DNA of 64,000 nucleotides, taken from the NCBI GenBank assembly GCA_000708835.1, contig DF236990.1:186001-250000 (forward strand), read 5' to 3'. Below, in pieces: positions 49,001-60,774 of this stretch. How positions within the stretch are numbered: the first letter of the stretch is position 1; every line of letters begins with the position of its first letter. The notes under the pieces were generated by a model that saw only the letters and a program-made list of their open reading frames with translations, did no database searches and was not told the DNA's origin. A program made the position numbers and the translations under genes. The stretch is from Klebsormidium nitens (lineage: Eukaryota; Plantae; Klebsormidiophyceae).

Positions 49001-52000
49001 TTCGTCAAAACAGCGCACTTGTGCCAACGCTGCGCTGGAGTTCCTTCACAAGGTACGTAGCCAAGGTAAACAAAGCGCAGGCAATACGACAAGGCTCATA
49101 CGTTCTTCTCCCTGAGTCGTGGCAAACGATGACGTAGTCAAAGCGGAGTCATAGCCGAGTAGTTCAACCGGTTTGAAAATTCTGGTTACTTTCGAGCAAC
49201 ACTCGGGGAACGTGTTCTACGAGATTCTGCATGGTCTGTACAACGGTTCTACCAGTAAGGATAGGGCTGAGACATAGGTTTGACACATGATCACAACGGG
49301 ATAGATCATTGGCTGCTGCAAATCACAGATTCGACAAAGCATTGTCATGTCTGTCAAGCACGAAGAGTACAAAGGCGGTGCACCTTGGAAAGCGGTGGCA
49401 CGGATGAAAGTATTAGATACGTACAGCACTTCCTATTACGAGAACTCTGTCAGGAGTGAAACTCGAACCTTAAACCTTTTCGGTCAGAAACAAAGAGCCC
49501 GGCAAACCTAAACCTCCTTTCGAACGCTCACCGATCTGAAGCAGGACTTTTCCATCCCGGTAGCCTAGATGCTCCTTGACCGCCTCCACCAAGTTCTGCA
49601 CGCCCCGGAACTCCACGGCCTCGGGCGTGTTCTCTTTGATCTGAAACAAACCAGCACGGACGTCAACTTTCTAGTTCTACAAAATGAGATTGTGTCTCCT
49701 TCGATCCAACACAAACAAGTGAGAACGCCAGCCTCCGTCACTGAGCTCGAAATGAAGGAGTGCATAGAACCTTCCGGTTGCAACTGCTGCAAGGTCAGGC
49801 ACCGCACCTGTATGGAATGACGGATTAAGAGGATTGAAAGAAGGCAAAGGAATGAAAAGAGAGTGTGCGATGGAGGGGGTTGATTCCGTGGAGCCGCAAG
49901 CCCTGCTTGAAGGACTTGATTCCCACGTAAACCCCTCCAACTTGGCGTTGGCGTGCTCCTTGCTGTTCATTGATCCAAATTCACGGTTTGAAAGTTGCTA
50001 CTTGGAAACTTCAAGCCATTCCATACCAAGAGGTTCGAGAAAGCCGGATCAGGGCCTTGACAACCCACACTAATCTAGCCATCTTCGCCGACTCTTTGAA
50101 ACATGTCTTACACCTTTGCAACTTGAGGCTATCCAATGATCTCAAAATCCGACCCGTTCATCTTTCGTTGGTCCAGCTTACAACCCGTTCATCGTATTGA
50201 GCCTTTATAGCAAAGCACATGCTGACTGTTCATGTTACGAACTCCACCAGAGGATGCTGCATGAGAAACAAAAAACATCCTCGACCTGGAATAAGGCAAC
50301 GTAGCCTTTTCACTCCATTATCAGAACGCCCTTGAAAAGCCTACCTCCGGATCGTAGAATTTTATGCCCTGGTAGTACTTGGCCCGTTCCGTTGTGTCAC
50401 CTTCCTTTGGGCCGACGATGACTGCAGACGCGTTGACGACCGCGGAAACGCCCTCAAAGTACTCGGGGAGGAGCGTTCGTGGCTGTGTTAGCTCCGCTGT
50501 TACCTGATAGAGGTACCAATCCGTCCCGTCAGCCGGTTTTAAAAGGTGAGAGGAGATTCCCGGAGGACGGAGCAAACGTGACTGTAGCAGCTGATCAATC
50601 AGGGAGAAGCTTGCTTCTCGTAATTTTCAGGATGAGTGAGGCTACTAAGCAGACTCGAATACTCAGCAACTTGCATGCCAAGATAGAAAATCCGGAAGAG
50701 GGATTCTGCTGTCTGACCAGAACAATTCGCTCTGGATGATGCCAGAGACAGTGCTCGAGTCTAGCCTCGAAGTCCAAGAGGGGACTCATAGAAGAAAGCG
50801 CAAGAGTGAGTACAACAGCTTACAATTTGCAGTCCCGGACTGGGCGGCCCCAGCAGCTTCTGCGCCTTTCCTTGATCCCGTACCTGCGATGCGACGAGAA
50901 CAGACAGGAGCTGCACTTTGTCGTCAATGATGTTTGAGGGCAATAAGCACGGTTGCTAAGAAGCGCCATCCCTCAAGAATCAGACTCTTTGAAAGACCCA
51001 GTATAGTAGCCTTCTGTCCGACAAGAACCCCGTGATGGAGACGTAAGGAGACGGCTTGAATTCCACCAATGTCGTCTCAATCAATTGAAGGTAAACACTT
51101 CCTAACTCTCGTCTCAATCAGAAAGGCGCATCAATTTCCACACTGACAATTGTCCAAAAGCGACATGTTTGTCCAATACAACTATGAAGCTTTACAACGA
51201 CATCAATTGTCACGTATCCTCAGTAATGAGAGGCAGAGGGCCATAGCCAATGGTATCCCCATTGTGCCCCTGACCAATCCTCACCGCTTGGCTAACAGTC
51301 AGGACTCAACTTCCCACAACAACTTGGGATGTCTTACCAAGGCCACAACTGGCACTCCGTTCTTCCTTAGCTCATCCACGATCCGTTTGCCCACCCCCCC
51401 AGTCGCCCCCACCACCAAGACCTTTCCCCTGCCCCCTCTAGAGCCGGCAGATTGTTGCTGGCTGGAACTGAAAACGGACCCCAGCGCTTCCATGAGCTTG
51501 GACGGGTTTGTGACTGTTGAGACCACCTGAACGCACAAGGGCGAAACCAATTGCATCTAACTCAGACAGCAAGGAAGTTAGCCAGGTTGTTCAAGCGGTT
51601 CTTACACTTAAGGATCCAAATTTTGTTATGGGATTGAAGTCGCAACTCCTGGTCTTGAAGTTGACCGGATCGCCATCGTAAAATGACGCAAGGTCTGAAA
51701 TACTGCCAAACCGCCCAACATTGAGTGGAAGGAAAAAATCGCCTTAGCAAAAATCACATGAGGCACGGCATTGACCTGCTGATGCAGTCCGCCAACGAAT
51801 ACCTTATTCAGGAAACAGCATGCAGACGATGACATAAGAAGTGCACAGTTAAGCACCATGCAGAAAGAAACAGGCGCAACAATATGATTGAAGGGAATTA
51901 CGTAGGGCCCCAGATATTCAGAGTATGCTCAACATAGATTAGTTTGAACACTGTGTTGGCCACCGTTCAATGCTGCCCTTCACCGGTACGTGCTACCACC

Positions 52001-52463
52001 CATGCAGGGTGGTGGCAACTTGAAACGCATCTTTGAACCACTGGAGCCGCTTGGCTGAAGTATGTTTAGAAACTCAACACATCCAAGAAAACGTCGTGCC
52101 ATGCACCACTTTCATGGCACTCACCTCCTCTAATTTCGGCGGTTCGTTGAAGTATAGGACGGTCTTGAGAAACCGTGAGAAGTCCCAAGGCTCCCGGCTG
52201 CCCCCGTTGCTGCCAGCCGCTCTTACTGAAACTCTTCGCAGCTGAACTGTCGGGCCAGGCTGCAAGCTTTTCTTGTCAACTGGACGGGAATCCCAGCTTC
52301 TTCCAAGGAAAAAAGAGGGCCGCAAAGTCGATCCGCTTCCCGCACATGTGGGGGAAAGGGCCTGACTTCGCAATTGAGAGTGTGTTGGGCGAGGTGCTTT
52401 CAATGCTGATAAGGAGATGGTGTGAGAAGAAAGCTTGGAGATGCACGCAGCATTGGCAGCCAT
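34009..52463 (-). CDS. Chloroplast NAD(P)-binding Rossmann-fold (NmrA-like) protein with an inserted CIA30 domain (HCF173/At4g18810 family), ~623 aa, 15 exons
   Basis: Exons 52125-52463, 51338-51526, 50824-50883, 50345-50503, 49532-49640, 48410-48538, 47788-47837, 47385-47441, 46859-46960, 46492-46587, 36834-36949, 36082-36205, 35160-35273, 34697-34777, 34009-34155. All introns are GT-AG and phases join (1872 nt). Motifs: S/A/R-rich transit peptide, PWDFSRFLKTVLYFN, VLVVGATGGVGKRIV, GPKEGDT, WGALDDVVMGGISES, SGGFASIRTRNF, WDTVGYTKSFDT, LMFSKFESDG, FVHVGSAGVTRP, YTIIRPCALTEEPAG, GKIGREEVARIC, FEVKSTVPFS. Confidence 0.93.
36950..46491 (-). repeat. 9.5-kb intron 10, composed partly of diverged internal repeats
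   Basis: Other introns of this gene are ~0.27-1.0 kb. CCGTCAC...CCARCCYACAG recurs at ~37300, 40068 and 41683. AAAGCGCCA..AT..GGC.TCAGAAGCA occurs at ~39761 and ~41369 (offset ~1.6 kb). GAGCT.T....CAGCTCGA occurs at ~37647 and ~42060. Confidence 0.75.
38895..39217. mobile_element. MITE-like TIR element (323 bp) inside intron 10
   Basis: 34-bp inverted repeats CTCATGCCGATTATATCCGGTCCCACATCTTGCA (38895-38928) and 39184-39217 match at 31/34. Flanked by a direct CCT at 38892-38894 and 39218-39220 (3-bp TSD). Confidence 0.72.
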
Positions 52464-53411
52464 TGTGAGCTCCTTTGAGCTGTAGCAAGGGCGATTTCTA
52501 CGATCTTAAACCACCTTAGATCTGCCACAGAACCGATTTCCTGGACATGTGACATCGTGTCTGTGAGTGTGAGTCTCGAGTCCTGAGTCCTGACCCTAGA
52601 CGGTAGACCTGTGGAATTGGAGCCGAGACCAACCAACTAGATCCGGCCTAAACTTAATTCTCTCGGAACTCCAGTCTGTGTACAACATACGTACTCTGGG
52701 GGTCGATAGGTCTAGACACTGCAGCCGTAGATTACGTCCAATTGACGCCTGCCAGCCGTCCACGGCAACTTCTGTCGCCGACGCTTTTGCAATCACTGGG
52801 GCGCGCTGCAGTCCGGAAGACCAGGGGCCTCCACCGGGCATACACTGGTTTCGGAGCTCATAAAAACCGACAAGCTCTCGTCAGCCGGTTGCATCAATGC
52901 AGTCATTTTTCTTTTATAAAACGGGCTGAACCGAGGAGCGGGAGAGGGCGTCCCGGTTGGTTACTCGGTGAACGCCCATGAACGCCCGGGAGCTGCTGTC
53001 GGTGAGCGGAAGCTGCTAGAGCGGAAGCTGAGTCATCCCCCTCCGCCACGTCAATAGCCGCGTTACATTCCAGTGCGCCAAGCGCCCCACCCTGCAGGAG
53101 CTGTAACCAGAAAACCATCCAACGTAACGCACCTTATCCAACGCTCTGGTTTCTCTGCTCGACGTCTTGTGACTTGTATTCCTTGTCTTGTTTCAGATTG
53201 TGTTGGAGGCAGAGTGCTGCCAGGGCGCTCTGCTGATCAAGAGAGGGAAGCCTTCAGTGGGTTGACGCGTATGCTTAGGTGTATTCTGGCCGCATTCTGT
53301 GTATTAGCCGGATTTTGAAACTTTCCCTGTAGTTGACACAACAGAGACCTTTTTCGTGCTCGTTTGAAGTGCCCCTGTGCGCAACTGTCCCTTTGATTCT
53401 GGGGAAGAAAG
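52464..53411. promoter_or_regulatory. Putative shared (bidirectional) promoter/5' UTR region between the CIA30 gene and ACX
   Basis: The two start codons face away from each other 948 bp apart. An AT-rich TTTTATAAAA at ~52913 is next to a GC-rich tract. No TSS data. Confidence 0.55.
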
Positions 53412-56400
53412 ATGGAAAGTGTGAGAGCTCACAGGAGAGCTGGCATCCTCGCCCAGCATTTCGTGCCAGACGAGACAACTGGCGCATCTTCTGTTGCAAC
53501 GGCTCCGTGTTTGAGCTACCAATCGCCTGAGACAAATGAAGGTGAGTGGTTTTGCAGGGATGCTGAAATTGCTTCAGAGCACGTCAACAGTTTCTTGCTT
53601 TCTGTAGACCTTGAATTGTATAACGACTCCGCTCACTTTGAAGGACTTCTCTCTTAGGGTTTATCTATCTTCGGAATGTTTTCAAGTTGAGAAGGTGTCG
53701 TCGCATGTCCTTCCAGCTGGGCCGTAATTCGCAGGGCGCAAGCAGCAGGACTGCTGGTATCAGCACTTAATTGTTCAGACCCTAAATTGTGCGCTCAGCA
53801 TTGATGAAGTTGCTGTCAGCAGCAATCTTCCTTTGCCCAAGCCTTACATGCAGGCTCCGGATTCGGAGCGGGTGTGTTTCTTTTGTTGATTTATCGCTAG
53901 CGCCAGAAGCACTGGACAGTGATGGCGCTGCCCTGATTGTTTGCAACCTCTGTTCTGTTGCAGGTGCCCCCTCCTTCAATGTTGCAGCGATGCGACAGAT
54001 CATCGATGCTCATGATCTGGACATGCGTGACGTGATGTACTCCATCTTTGCCAACGACAAACCGTTCAGATCGAAGGATGCTCCGAAGGGGGTGCCCGTG
54101 TACACAGCTATGGACTATAATGCAACCAAAGAAGAACAGCGCGAGGTACATGAGATGAACGTTCGTTCTTCCTTCTAGGTGTCTGCACGCCCCCCGTTGC
54201 TTGAGCACTTAACGAACGACGCCTTTGTCTCAATCTCTTAGGAGGGTGCTGCTTACAAGGTAGTGAAGTAGATTGACCAGAGCATTAGCCGCGGTTTACC
54301 ATTCCAGTACGGGCAAGTTGCAGCTTTGATTTTGTAGGTCACTCTGTAGACATTGCGGAAGTGGCATTGTCAGATCTTGTCTCATGTTGGTTGTGCAACT
54401 GATTTTCAAGTTGCATAATATCATGTTGATGTTGGTGCAGATTACATTTGAGAGAATTATGCACCTGAAGAACAAGGGCCTGTTCAAGAGCTGGCTGACA
54501 TCTGATGATCCAAAGGAAGCGTACAAGAAGGCTGCTATGCATGAGGCTATCAGCATCTACGACCACTCCATGGCCATCAAGCTTGGTGTTCACGTGCATC
54601 TCTGGTGAGGATACTCATTCTGCAGTCGGTGACTTCTGGGATTTTAACCGCCTCTAACATGTCCGATTTATATCTCCAAGAAGCTGCCTTGCAAACACCT
54701 TCGACTTTCATCTGCCACGCATCTTAGAACCACAATTGAACTCAGGGCTTCTAACTGGGGTAGAAGCAAAAACTAGTGGTGAGGTCCAAAACGATTCAAG
54801 CATATGCTTTGCAGGGGTGGGGCAGTGAAGTATCTTGGAACCAAGCGGCACCACGACAAGTATCTTGCTGGGACTGAGGATTACCACTACTCTGGATGCT
54901 TCGCTTTGACCGAGCTTGGGCATGGGAGCAATGTAAGCATCGCTGTTTTTGATCTATTCACTCGTTCACAAATGCAACTTGAAGTTCTCCCGAATCCCCT
55001 GTACCTGTCCTTAATTGGATCTTGACCCTTGCACTTATTCCTATTGTTGATGAGGCTGTTTTGATTCTTTTGCATTTTTTTTTGCATGTTCTTTCAACAG
55101 TATCTCTCTGTTGTTTTCAGGTTCGCGGAATTGAGACGCTCGCCACATATGATGCCAATGCGCAAGAGTTTGTCATCAACACGCCGTGCGAGTCCGCACA
55201 GAAATACTGGATTGGAGGGGCCGCTCAGGCAAGTTTCTGCATCTGTGACGTTTCGGAGAGCAAGTCAGGGAGTCCGTCTTGGTCAATTATCTTACACCTG
55301 GTATCATTCGCAGTTGAAGTCCTGCCTCGCTAGGGGTAGATTCATCTCAATAGTCCCATAACCTGCTTCACTTGATTTGCTGGAGTTGTCAGGGGAAGCA
55401 AGCCATCAACAGGTTTTCACGGATGTGAAAGATCCCACTGCTCCCTTTTGCAGCATGCCAACCACACCTCCGCGTTTGCTCAGCTTATCATTGGTGGCGA
55501 AAACAAGGGAGTTCATGCATTTGTGGTGCCTCTGAGAGACCGCCAGGGAAAGCTGATGCCTGGTATCCGCATTCTGGATTGTGGACACAAGATGGGCCTG
55601 AATGGAGTCGACAACGGAAGGATCTGGTGAGGACCTCACAAGGAGGACTATTTGTGCCTTATTGTGCTTTTCAGCTTCTCGTCCTGAGCTTAAACAAACT
55701 TCGTAGCGCTGCTTGTCGAAAGATTTGGTGTCGCCCGCTTATGTTCGTTGCACGCTCATTGTAAAGGCCGAGTTTACATTTTACTGCACAGGGGTGTGCA
55801 TGCTGTATTGACCCCTTGACGTGATTACAGGTTTGACAACGTTCGCATTCCAAGGGAAAACTTGCTGAATGCAGTTGCTGATGTAACTCCGGAGGGGAAG
55901 TATGTGAGCCCGATCAGTGATCCGGATCAGGTGAGGGCTGCACGATCTCGCCTGCCATTCTTGATCAGCTGACAGAGATTGCTCTCACGTGGCTCTTGTT
56001 CTGCAATAACACCTTGGAAACTGGCCCAGGGTCGCTCGAGTGTGCCGGGGCTCGATATTCCCGACAAATTCAACTCGAAACTTTGTGCTTATCATGATTG
56101 CCGGTTGTTCTTGCAAGAGCTTGGTCTCCTTGAATGACTACGTCCTTCGAGGAGGTTTGGTGTTAGTCTCTACCTGTCGGCTCCGTTTTTGTGACGCAGA
56201 ATGTGGGATCAATTGAGTTTGTGGTATCCATGAATCAATCGTTTGTCGGTCATAAGACGAAGTCGTCTGGAATTGCCGACTTGCCGAAGCGCTGACTCGT
56301 CTTTCCTTTCATCTCATCAAATCTGATTGTTGGCCCTGCAGCGCTTTGCCGCATTCATGGCTCCTCTCACTGGTGGCCGCGTCACGCTCGCTATAAGTTC

Positions 56401-59287
56401 CGTCAACCAGAGCAAGGTACTAATTCTCTCGGTCAACATGTGTGAACGTATCCGACTTCGCGTCCGAATGCTCATTACAAGGGGCAGTTGCACGGCCAAT
56501 TCTCATCTTCAATATGTCCTGCTTCTGCTTTCCCTCCGATGCGTTCCGAATTTCAAATTCTGAATTGGATTCTGGTTTCGACATTCCGTTCCCGTTAAAG
56601 CTGGACGTCCAACTGGTTGTCAGAGATTCTGTCCAATACCCGTGCATTCAACAAACATTATAAGGAGGAAGTGGGTCGCGCGGGCAGCTAACACCTCGGT
56701 ATGCCGTACAGGTCGGCCTTGCCACCGCTCTCCGCTACGCCCTCTCCCGCCGGTGCTTCTCTCCCGCCGACGGCCAGCCCGAGCTGCGCATCCTAGACTA
56801 CCCCAGCCACCAGAGACGGCTGCTGCCTTTGCTGGCCAAGACGTGAGTGCGCTTGACAAGCTTTTGGGCTTTCCTATCGACCTCCTTTATCTTTGGAGCG
56901 GCTGTGGAATGGGATATCTACGCACCTTCGATCACAAATGGCAAAGTTGATGCGAGTTGACAAGTGAAAGCCATCAGGGTCGGTTATTTCTTGTGCCGTC
57001 TACTTTCGTTCCTGACTGTTGTAAATTTTCTGTTGTCGAGTGCTATCATTTTCTGTCAGCTCATTCAATCTTCTTCGCAAAGCATTCTGAATGTGATCCC
57101 CTCGTTCGTGCAGGTACACGATGCAGTTCGCTGTGAACGAGCTCAAGACGCAGTACATCCACAGGAAGCCCTCTGATGCAAAGTTCATCCACGTTGTCTC
57201 CTCCGGATACAAGGCCCTCATGTCGTGGCACATGAGCCGGACACTGCAGGTGCGAGAGTGCCCTCTTCACCTCACCATCACTTGACAGTATCGATCTGGT
57301 AGCTTAGTGCCTGAGAATGAAGTTGGAACGACTTCGACTTCTATTCTTGAGTGAAATTTCCGGGCTTTGCTCACTACTTTCCCTAGCCCTAGTCATGCTG
57401 CTGATTGTGATTTAGCTCTTCCGTCCTCCGTTGCCATCCACTCTTTGAGTGTTGTGTGTTCCTCACGACGGTCTTTCAATCTTTTCAGTTCGGGCCATTC
57501 AATCCAGCTGGAACCTAACCGACGACAAGATGTCCGCCCTTGCAGGAGTGCCGAGAGGCTTGCGGTGGGCAAGGGTACAAGTCCGACAACCGGATTGGCC
57601 AGCTCAAGGGCGAGCATGACGTTACGTCCACCTTCGAGGGCGACAACCATGTTCTTCTGCAGCAGGTAATGCGCAGTAGTCGCCTAGCGGACTATGTTCC
57701 CGCACCTCATCCTCTTAAAAGTCTTTGCTTGTTTCACCGCTGCGGTCAGGTTGTGTTGCTTCGAGCGATGACTGGGTACGTGTTTGGCGTCAACGGTATA
57801 TTTTCTTCGCACGCTCATAAACTTTCAACAGAATCGGACTAGACTTTCATGCATACTACTTTGAACGCCTTTCCAATTGCAGAACCTCCTCGTGGGTTGA
57901 CCAGCAGCTTTCAAACTGGGTACCTGCTAGGAAAGCGTTATGCCCTCGTGCCAGAGCAGTGGGTGATCATATAGCCCTCTCCACGTGTTGCTTGCATCTA
58001 GGATTGTCCTGCTCGTAAATTCATTGGAGCTCGCTTTATTTCCTGACAGGTTAGCAAGGCTCTGCTTGGCGACCTCTTTGCTTCCAAGAAGAACGGCAAG
58101 CCGCTGCGGGGAATGGGGCTGGAGCACATCAACGGCCCGCGCCCTCAGCTTCCGAGCCAACTGACGGCTGAAATTGTTCGCAGTGCCGACTTCCAGGTGC
58201 GTCTCTCCCGGAAACATGCACTTGTATCGATCTTTTGCGGCTTCCGGTTCCCTGCTGCAGTTTTGCCGTGAAACCGCTGCTTTGCAATGAAACTTCTTGC
58301 TGATTCTTTCTTTGTCCCACATTCATGTGGCACTTGCTAAGGTATTGACGTAGAGAGGCTAGGATCCGTTTGAAACTCGGATGTCTGCGAACCCTTGTTT
58401 CTTTGCAGACTCGTTTCGCAAGTGTAGGACCTTTTTTGGCTGGATAAGATTCGAATACATGGTAGGCATGGTAACATACGAGTGCCTCCACTGCAGCTCA
58501 CCCTGTTCCGCCTGCGCGAGTACGACCTGCTGATGCGCTTTGGCGCTGACATGGGGGCCTCGTTGAAGAAGGGCGTTCCCATGTTCGAGGCGTTCAACCA
58601 GACGTATCAGCTGGCCACTGAGCTGGGCAAGGCCCACGCCGAACGCGCCATCCTCGAGTCGGCGATCCGAAACGGACGCGAGCTCGCGTCCGGGTCTCTG
58701 CGGCCGGTTGTGGATCTGCTGCGGTCGCTGTCCGCGCTGGCGATCGTCGACGAAGATGCCGTCTTTCTCAGGTGAGTGTTTGTCGCATGAGGTTTTCATG
58801 CGCGACGAGTGGGCAATTCCAGCCTCGATAAGCACGGCTGCTTGTGTTAAAGGAAAGCCTAGGTTTTAGCGGTTGTATGGTGCATGATTGTGAGGGGCAA
58901 ATTGGTGCAAGTCATTCTTTGACTGACAAGGAGAAACAGCTTATGGAGAACGTTTGATGCAAGTGTCGCTACACCTATCGGCCATTTGCTTCACTGAGCT
59001 GTGGTGTGACGACCTATCATCTTCACAAGCATCGAGCCATCAAATTATTGCATTGCAGATACGGCTACCTGACCCCGGAGCAGTCTCAAGTCATCCACAA
59101 AGAGGTTGCCGCTCTTTGTGGCGATGTGCGCCCGCATACGCTTGGACTTGTGCAATCGTTTGGAATTCCGCAGCACCTGCTCGGCCCCATCGCATTTGAC
59201 TGGATCCAGTACAACGCTTATCAGGGACCTGGTAAAGAGTCGGCAGTTGAGCAAGCACAGGCAGTTTTTGAGGCCGCTTTGCTGTAA
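53412..59287 (+). CDS. ACX3: Peroxisomal acyl-CoA oxidase, ACX3/ACX6 (medium-chain) type, ~695 aa, 14 exons
   Basis: Exons 53412-53541, 53964-54145, 54441-54604, 54815-54932, 55121-55228, 55454-55626, 55831-55930, 56342-56416, 56712-56842, 57114-57249, 57546-57665, 58050-58196, 58497-58771, 59059-59287 (2088 nt, phases join; intron 5 is GC-AG). Motifs: N-terminal [124 protein letters not shown]. Confidence 0.95.
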
Positions 59288-59483
59288 TTGTAAAGGTCAC
59301 GTGCAAGTTTACGCCAATATAGATTCTGCCAAAACTCGACAGAGGTTTTGGAGCTTGCAAGCAGGTATAAAAGCCACGTGATGTACATTGACTATTTCTA
59401 TTGTAGCAGGAGCCCAGTTTAGGAACCTTCTTCGGATAAGATAATTTCAAGTAGATACCATATAAAGGATCAGATATAAGCAA

Positions 59484-59513
59484 TCACACATTCACACATT
59501 CACACATTCACAC
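59484..59513 (+). repeat. (TCACACAT)n microsatellite downstream of ACX
   Basis: Three full copies of the 8-mer plus TCACAC. Confidence 0.85.
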
Positions 59514-60774
59514 ACCTTTGGGCCTGGGGCACCCCTTACAACTTATGGGGTTAGCTCGCGCATCGGCGGGGGGCCCGGCCATGTTGCATGCACATCTAAT
59601 TGTGCCACTGATTGAAAGTTCAAGTTCTGGCCAGACTGATCTGGTCTCACGGGATTTACAAGGTTCAATGTTTCTCTTTCAATCCAAAAGCCCGTCAGCC
59701 ACATGGGCTATAAAGCATTGAATCCAACAAACGTACAATGTGAAATTTGGCGAGTGATCCTACACCAGAGCCGCGATGACCGTGGAGGACCGTCGCGCGA
59801 TGTCCGGCAGCCCCGGGATATATAGATGGTCTCGTTTCGTACTCGCCGTAGCCAAATAGGCCAGATCATTAAGCCTTATGCATGCATTTGAAGGCTTCTC
59901 ATGGCACACATATGTGCGAAGATACTGTGTGCGAAGTGACATTGCTCAAAGAGGGCCCATCAGATTTTCAAAGCGCACTGAGTGTAGTGGCATCTGAGTC
60001 CTGAGGGAAAGCCATATCGGACGGACCACATTGCATCTTGAAATTTCGCCTCAGCGACCAGATTGCCCAAATTTTCGCCGTATCATGTCGCCGAGCTAGG
60101 CGTTCCGGGTCCCCTAATGATGCAAATGCAATGATACATGTACGTCTAACGTGCGGCCTGCATGCCGCAGCCGCGGCGGGCCGGGCGCGCTAAGTTTTTG
60201 GAGTTGCGGCGCGGCACGGGCCGCGCATACACAGAGGTAATAATATGCCATCGCGTTGGACCGTCCTAGCTGAGCTCGTGCTCAGCGGCGTGCTCGCCTT
60301 GGTTGCAATTGGAGTCTGGACCTGGACCCTGTTCGTCACTGTGAGCTGGCCAATGATTGCTCGTGTGTTCCCTTGCTGTCTTGCCCAACAATGCCCATTC
60401 TGCAGTTGCCAGTTGGCTCTGGACGGCTAGCCAGCTGCTATCTACCGTAGTTCCTGGCTGTTCATTGTACGTCAAGTTCAGCCTTCCTTCCTGTTCAGGC
60501 TCATCAGCATCCTCAGGAAGAAGTCGATTTGGCGTTCTTTGAGTGAGATGATTCTTTGATAGCTCCAAGCACTCCCAAGAGACACCACGGTTTGGAGGGC
60601 CGAATACCATCCACTGTGCTCCGGAAGGGGGCCTGCGCTTTAGGGCCCCCGCTGCCCGCATTTTTCACCACTGTGGTTGATCTGGCTTCTGTCGAACGTC
60701 TAGCTGATTAAGTTTCAAGAAGAAGCACCTCATCTCACTGCCTCTGGTCATGTTTTTAAGAGATCAGTGCTGGG

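Noticed and set aside
49871-49939. miRNA-like hairpin in CIA30 intron 4
   Set aside because: Only ~10 bp of terminal pairing and no extended stem.
60245-60430. Hydrophobic 61-aa ORF upstream of the PAS gene as a membrane anchor or uORF
   Set aside because: No in-phase splice path to 60775 was found and there is no recognisable homology.
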